A stretch of 64,000 nt of DNA from Nitrospiraceae bacterium (lineage in GTDB: Bacteria > Nitrospirota > Nitrospiria > Nitrospirales > Nitrospiraceae): assembly GCA_050246315.1 (NCBI GenBank), contig JBFWWG010000002.1, positions 204,711-268,710 on the forward strand, written 5' to 3'. Below are positions 59,297-64,000 of this stretch, piece after piece; positions within the stretch are counted from its first letter, which is position 1; each line of letters opens with the position of its first letter. The position numbers and the translations under genes are program-made. The notes beneath the pieces are model-generated. The model did no database searches. It was not told the origin of the DNA and saw nothing but the letters and a program-made list of their open reading frames with translations.

Positions 59297-59944
59297 TCAA
59301 AAATGATAAGAGACGCCGAACATCAGATATTGGGCCGCATATTCCCCTTGAAAACCGCCGACGGACCCGAAGGCTCCGGCAAACTGAAATGTCGCGTCTG
59401 TGTATTTATACTCCGTGAAGACCGCCACACGCGGCGTGACGAAGGCGCGCAGACCGGCCAGCAGTTGCAGCGACGCGGATGTATCCGTATCGCTGGTTGT
59501 CGTCGGCGAATTCCCTATATGGCCGATAGCTGCTCCCCCGCCGATGCCGATGTAGGGTTGATAGGTCCGGCCCGGATAGCGCGCGATCAGGTTCAGCCCT
59601 ATCGTGGTGACTCGAAAATGGACGCCCGGAACATACCCTGCGCTCCCTTCGAAACTCTTGATATTGGGAGTGGTATTAAAGGCCTCGACCTCCAGCCCGA
59701 GCCAACCGCCGCCGGGGAAGTAACCGAGTTTCGCTCCATAGGCGATGGAGTTAGCCAGATCAAAGTCCGAAATCTGAGGAGTCAGAGTGGTCAAACTGCC
59801 GGTGCCTTGGATATCCTTGAGCCGGTCGCCGAACGTCGGTCCGACCTGCCCTGCCACATACCATTCGGCTCCGGCTCGCTCCGGGGCTGACCAAAGCGCG
59901 AGACCCACGGCAAAAATCACGAGAATTCCGGCAGCCAGACGCAT
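59297..59944 (-). CDS. Outer membrane beta-barrel protein
   Basis: Signal peptide, AEWYVAG, QPYIGIGGG, FTEYKY, C-terminal GVSYHF. Confidence 0.85.
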   Translation of the reverse strand: MRLAAGILVIFAVGLALWSAPERAGAEWYVAGQVGPTFGDRLKDIQGTGSLTTLTPQISDFDLANSIAYGAKLGYFPGGGWLGLEVEAFNTTPNIKSFEGSAGYVPGVHFRVTTIGLNLIARYPGRTYQPYIGIGGGAAIGHIGNSPTTTSDTDTSASLQLLAGLRAFVTPRVAVFTEYKYTDATFQFAGAFGSVGGFQGEYAAQYLMFGVSYHF

Positions 59945-60040
59945 ACTCCTCTCCGTCGGCGATACGGCAAGACGATGGTTCATCGTACCATGCCGATCCT
60001 CGCTCCGATAGGCCGCGAGGGCTGATCATCCGGAACTCTC

Positions 60041-61636
60041 CTATTCGGGACGTTCCTCGCCGACCTCCACCGCCACCTCCTGTGCTTGAGTCGTTTGCAT
60101 CCGGCCGTCTTGGAAAATCTTCCTCAACGTTTCGCGGCGGCGTTGCCAATGATGCTGGGCGACGGACTCCATCCGCCGGTCCACTCGCTTGGACCAACTC
60201 CACACGAGCCAGCCGATGCAGGCATAGACGCCGCCGATGACAAGGTTCGGATAGGGACACCAACGGGCGATGGCATCGGCAACCGCCGGGAACGGCGGCA
60301 AGCCATACCACCAGCCGACAGCCGGGATCGACGCTGCGACGAAGGTATAGTAGGACATCTTTCCGCTTCTGACCGCTCCGTGCATCCCATCAAGCAGGGA
60401 CTCCTTCCTCGCATGACCTGCGTTCGGCCCGCTACCCCGCGTCACCTGGTGCTCGATCGCACGCAGGGTCTCGTCCTGCGGCCAAGCCCGGTTGTCATTC
60501 GTCCGGACCACCAGGCACCGATTGGGAAGGTTGACCGGCGCATACCAGCCGGTGCCGTTCGCAATGCGCTCGAACACGCTGATGTGAACCCTCGGTTGGG
60601 CCATGTGGTGAGTGCGGCAGAGTTTGACGATGTCGCGCGGCTCCCACCGGTAATACAGTCCCCAGCCGGCCCGTGCATCGTACAGTTCATCGTGCACATC
60701 CTGGTGCGCCTGCACATAGTCGCGATCCGCCTTGATAAACCGTAATCCGCACCGCTCCGCTTCCGCCATCATCCAATCCAAGGCGACCAGCGACATGCCG
60801 TGCTTCACATACCCCCCGCCTACGTTGGAATGCACGCCGGCAAACCAGACCTGGTCCACTTGGGTGGTGCGAATCCCCTGCTCGTTCCACAATTCCGGAT
60901 GGAAGGTGCGGCGGTCATCGTCGATGGACAAGGCGTGACAGGCGCGTTTGATGCGGCTGCTAGGCGTCAACTCGGAAAAGCGCATGGGGTAGATCCAGTT
61001 GAACAGATCGCGTAGCTCCTCGAACGGAGCTCCGACTGCCCCAACCGTATCCCAGACTCCGACAAATTCAATGGTCACAACGCCGTTGGGCACGCACTGG
61101 CCGTCGATGACGGCGCCAAAGTCCTCACGTCGTCGACAATCCTCCGTCAAAGGATCGTCTGCCGGCCGGTTGTCACGCCGGGCTTGTTTCGTGACGCGTT
61201 GGAAGGCCTCTTGACGGAACGCTGTCCAACAGTGGTGTATCCGCTGCTTCAGCGATTCGTGCCCAACCTTGTTGATATCCAGGATGCCGCAGTATTCGAT
61301 CATGCCCGATAGGGCTCTGACCGTATAGGCCCCTCGGCTGAACCCGAAGAGGTAAATGCGGTCGCCCGGCTCATAGACATGGACCAGTTCCGTATAGAGA
61401 TCCTTGACGTTCTTGCGAAAGCCGAGGCCAAACGCCCCGCCGATCAATTTCAGCGGAGTCAGGCGAGACGTGCCCACCCCGTCGTCGTAGAAGGCGACCT
61501 GCGGGGTCAGTCTCTGGTCATCCTTGTGACCCTGGATATCGACTGCTTCATACAGCTTGAAGACGTTCGTCCCGCGCGCCTTGATAGCGGTGTTCCCGGT
61601 GCCATCCGAGCAAAGCACAATGTTCTTTCCTCGCAT
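60041..61636 (-). CDS. DUF2235 (Tle1-like) alpha/beta hydrolase with C-terminal TM helices
   Basis: CSDGTGN, YDDGVGT, GFSRGAY, GVWDTV, GVHSNVGGG. Confidence 0.88.
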   Translation of the reverse strand: MRGKNIVLCSDGTGNTAIKARGTNVFKLYEAVDIQGHKDDQRLTPQVAFYDDGVGTSRLTPLKLIGGAFGLGFRKNVKDLYTELVHVYEPGDRIYLFGFSRGAYTVRALSGMIEYCGILDINKVGHESLKQRIHHCWTAFRQEAFQRVTKQARRDNRPADDPLTEDCRRREDFGAVIDGQCVPNGVVTIEFVGVWDTVGAVGAPFEELRDLFNWIYPMRFSELTPSSRIKRACHALSIDDDRRTFHPELWNEQGIRTTQVDQVWFAGVHSNVGGGYVKHGMSLVALDWMMAEAERCGLRFIKADRDYVQAHQDVHDELYDARAGWGLYYRWEPRDIVKLCRTHHMAQPRVHISVFERIANGTGWYAPVNLPNRCLVVRTNDNRAWPQDETLRAIEHQVTRGSGPNAGHARKESLLDGMHGAVRSGKMSYYTFVAASIPAVGWWYGLPPFPAVADAIARWCPYPNLVIGGVYACIGWLVWSWSKRVDRRMESVAQHHWQRRRETLRKIFQDGRMQTTQAQEVAVEVGEERPE

Positions 61637-61900
61637 AGGAGTTACTCCTCTCCGACCTCGGGGTTGACGGATTCATTCATTCGTCCAGCAGCGGGCAGAC
61701 ACCGTCAGAGAAGGACAGGACCGTACAGATTGGAGAATCAGCAAGCTCCGCACCGCCCGGCTGGTGAAGGAATTTTCCTGTATGATCCGACTTCTACGAA
61801 ACGGACGTGTTCCAGAAGGACTGACAAAGTCGTATCGCCTGATCTTCGCGTTATGGAGGCATCTCGCAAACGATACAGAATCGGAACCGTACAGCCGGAC

Positions 61901-62422
61901 TTACTTCACCCGCTGCAGGAGACCTTCGGCAACCGCTTCTTGAGGTTGGCCCCCGACGATCATGTCCTTGTCGCCAAAGTGCGAGATCGCACGGCGCCGG
62001 ATGCGCATCTTGAGTCCTTGGGGAACCAGCTCGTATTCGAAGATCACGACTTCCTGCTGCTGGTCCAAATAGCCACCCCCGGCCTTTTCAAACGACCCCT
62101 TCAATGAGACGAGCAGTTTGCCTGGCTGTCGATCAACGCGCTCGACGATGATCCGCTGCACACCCCCGCCGGGCGGTACGAATTCGATTTGCTGTCCCGG
62201 ACTCGCGAGTTCCACCTGGCGGGTGACGTTTCGGTCGTTGGTATAGGTGTAGACCGGATAGTCGTCCCGGCTGAACAACACTTCCACCTCGGCCTCTTCC
62301 CCTTCGGCCTGCAAGAGCCCTTTCCACGTTCCTGACAATTCTCCGGCGTAAACCACGCCGAGGCCCGCCTGGAACGACAGCAGCCAAATGAGGAAGAACA
62401 CGGACTTCTGCCCCATACGCAT
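61901..62422 (-). CDS. Hypothetical exported protein
   Basis: Signal peptide ending VYA, then GELSGTWKG. Confidence 0.7.
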   Translation of the reverse strand: MRMGQKSVFFLIWLLSFQAGLGVVYAGELSGTWKGLLQAEGEEAEVEVLFSRDDYPVYTYTNDRNVTRQVELASPGQQIEFVPPGGGVQRIIVERVDRQPGKLLVSLKGSFEKAGGGYLDQQQEVVIFEYELVPQGLKMRIRRRAISHFGDKDMIVGGQPQEAVAEGLLQRVK

Positions 62423-62505
62423 CTTCTCGTGGATTGTCTTTGGATGGTGGCGGAAGGGTAGCGCGAAAGCTGCCCCTGGTCAAACCCGCGGAGGCCGATG
62501 TTCTG

Positions 62506-63168
62506 TTATGGAAGCAAATAATCGATCTGCTCGATGCGCACAACCGGCATCACCATTCCCATGCCTTCTTCATCATGACTGAAGTCGTAGATGATGGATT
62601 CCTCGGGAATGAGCTTGCCGCTCATGACGACCAGCACGTCGATCGTCTGCCCTTTCTCCAATTTGCGGCGCAGCGTCGCCCTCGTCCGTGGATTCGGGAC
62701 GGCCGAGAGGTTACCCGGCAGATCATCCGGCTTGAATCGGACGAGTCCCCATTTGGTCAAGATCACCGAGGGGCCGATGGCGACGGCAAAGGAGGCGGAG
62801 TACGGGTCATAGGCCGTCAGTTGTCCGGCCCATACGAAGGCGACACGCCAATTGAGTGCCTCTCGCCCCACACGCCGATCGTCTCGTGCGCGGTTAAAGA
62901 GAAGCAATCGTTCATCAAATGCAGGATCGTGATGACCCTGTCCGTACAGAATTCGCCAATCGGGAGGGGATTGATCAAGCGCTTCGAGGAAGGCTTCGAT
63001 GGCAGGCGCCTCAATGAGCACATGCGTCTCGTGCGGCAGGAGCGTCTCGATTTTTGACAAGGGGCTCGTGCGGAGCGGACGTACACTCTGCGGCTCCAGC
63101 GCCGTCGCGTCGAGCGGCAGCGCCCACCACAAGCAGAACCCGGCCAGGAGCCTACGCCAGGCCATCAT
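62506..63168 (-). CDS. Hypothetical exported protein
   Basis: Signal peptide MMAWRRLLAGFCLWWALPLDATA. Confidence 0.7.
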   Translation of the reverse strand: MMAWRRLLAGFCLWWALPLDATALEPQSVRPLRTSPLSKIETLLPHETHVLIEAPAIEAFLEALDQSPPDWRILYGQGHHDPAFDERLLLFNRARDDRRVGREALNWRVAFVWAGQLTAYDPYSASFAVAIGPSVILTKWGLVRFKPDDLPGNLSAVPNPRTRATLRRKLEKGQTIDVLVVMSGKLIPEESIIYDFSHDEEGMGMVMPVVRIEQIDYLLP

Positions 63169-63178
63169 GCGGTCAGCC

Positions 63179-63498
63179 CTAGCCCACATTATTCATGACC
63201 GCATTCATGGACCGCTTCCACAACAACCGCCGTGCGACCCATTGCCGCCAAGGAGCAACGGGTGCCCCGGCTACGACGGGCTTGGCTGCCGGTGTCCCGC
63301 ACCCGAGCGGGCAGGCTCGCCGCTCGGTCGGTCGACATACTGTTTCAAGTATGCCTCCCCTCCTCGCGCCTCCGCGTGGGAGCACCCATGGCGACAGGGT
63401 AACCCTTGCTCTCTCTATTGCAAGGGGCCGAAGCAATGAGGCCAACACATGGCGTCTTGGCGGTTTCGTCACCAACCGTCATGAAAAATATGGCCTAG
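63179..63498. mobile_element. Complete MITE (family A) bounded by CTAG at both ends
   Basis: CTAGCCCACATTATTCATGAC ... GTCATGAAAAATATGGCCTAG; core GCTCGCCGCTCGGTCGGTCGACATACTGTTTCAAGTATGCCTCCC shared with 29406-29647. Confidence 0.85.
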
Positions 63499-63818
63499 GC
63501 CGGCGATTCGGCCAAGACCCGATCGAAGGTGGTCGTGAGCGCGGTCACTGCCCGGTGATCGGCCGTCAGCACACCGGCGCCAATGAGGACAGCAAGACGC
63601 GGTCGAGGATCCAGACGGCGCACCGCCGCCTGTGGAAGGCGAGATGTCTCAAGCACCTTCTGATACGTGCTCAACCAAGATTCCGTCACGACTCGCAATC
63701 CGGGATCAGTCGGCTTCATGCGTCCCAGTTGGATCTGCTGCATGAGCTTGATCAACGGATCGGACTGTCCGATCGTCGTGATCGCCCGTTGGAGCAGGGT
63801 GTCGGAGGATTCGGACAT
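63495..63818 (-). CDS. Hypothetical protein
   Basis: 107-aa ORF, AAAGG RBS; its stop codon lies in the MITE's CTAG. Confidence 0.65.
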   Translation of the reverse strand: MSESSDTLLQRAITTIGQSDPLIKLMQQIQLGRMKPTDPGLRVVTESWLSTYQKVLETSRLPQAAVRRLDPRPRLAVLIGAGVLTADHRAVTALTTTFDRVLAESPA

Positions 63819-63900
63819 TGCGAACCTTTCTCTCCAAACAAGCAGCTAAAGAACAGTTGAACCGTTCGCCCCTTGAAGAGCCCGTGGCGAACGAAGAGAG

Positions 63901-64000
63901 CCTTCAGGGTTGAGCCGCTTCGCGTCAGACCCCTGCCATCAGGAGAGGACAGCAGTGGGTGTCCCAACAACGCTGGTGGTCATGTTCAACATGCGGTTAG
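63901..64000 (+). repeat. Family C element, second copy
   Basis: CCTTCAGGGTTGAG..CTTCGCGTCAGACCC...GCTGG..G...TTC.ACAT, colinear with 2768-2866. Confidence 0.75.

Noticed and set aside
63179..63860. ORFs 63179..63475, 63195..63860 and 29422..29725
   Set aside because: They arise from MITE sequence and are not credible proteins

Overview
This is a GC-rich bacterial chromosomal segment. Gene content and repeat style suggest Nitrospira/Nitrospirota (inference, not verified). The backbone is housekeeping: nrdJ with tandem NrdR boxes, ampG, mtaB-miaB, mutY-mutT, lon, msrB, peroxiredoxin, tRNA-Arg(TCT), tRNA-Pro(TGG), rdgB-rph, metH, and many envelope or hypothetical proteins. Two regions stand out. 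(1) A defence islet at about 22.4-29.7 kb begins at a 73-bp duplication of the msrB 3' end. It carries a Dsr1-type SIR2 gene followed by a canonical 60-bp attC site with no integrase in the window, a decayed SnoaL-like cassette, an orphan truncated hicB, a DUF2281/MazF toxin-antitoxin pair and an alpha/beta hydrolase. It is punctuated by three copies of a ~125-bp element and by ends of a CTAG-targeting MITE. (2) A diderm sortase locus at about 36-44.5 kb (OmpA-like protein, VIT-vWA LPQTA substrate, class GN sortase) lies behind a clear sigma54 promoter. It is preceded by a TPR/SEL1 protein and a membrane-anchored CHASE2-sigma54 activator instead of the usual PdsR/PdsS two-component pair. Also present are a form IV RuBisCO-like gene coupled to a B12/radical SAM gene and at least five families of small dispersed repeats. 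All calls come from reading sequence and motifs by eye; no database searches were run.
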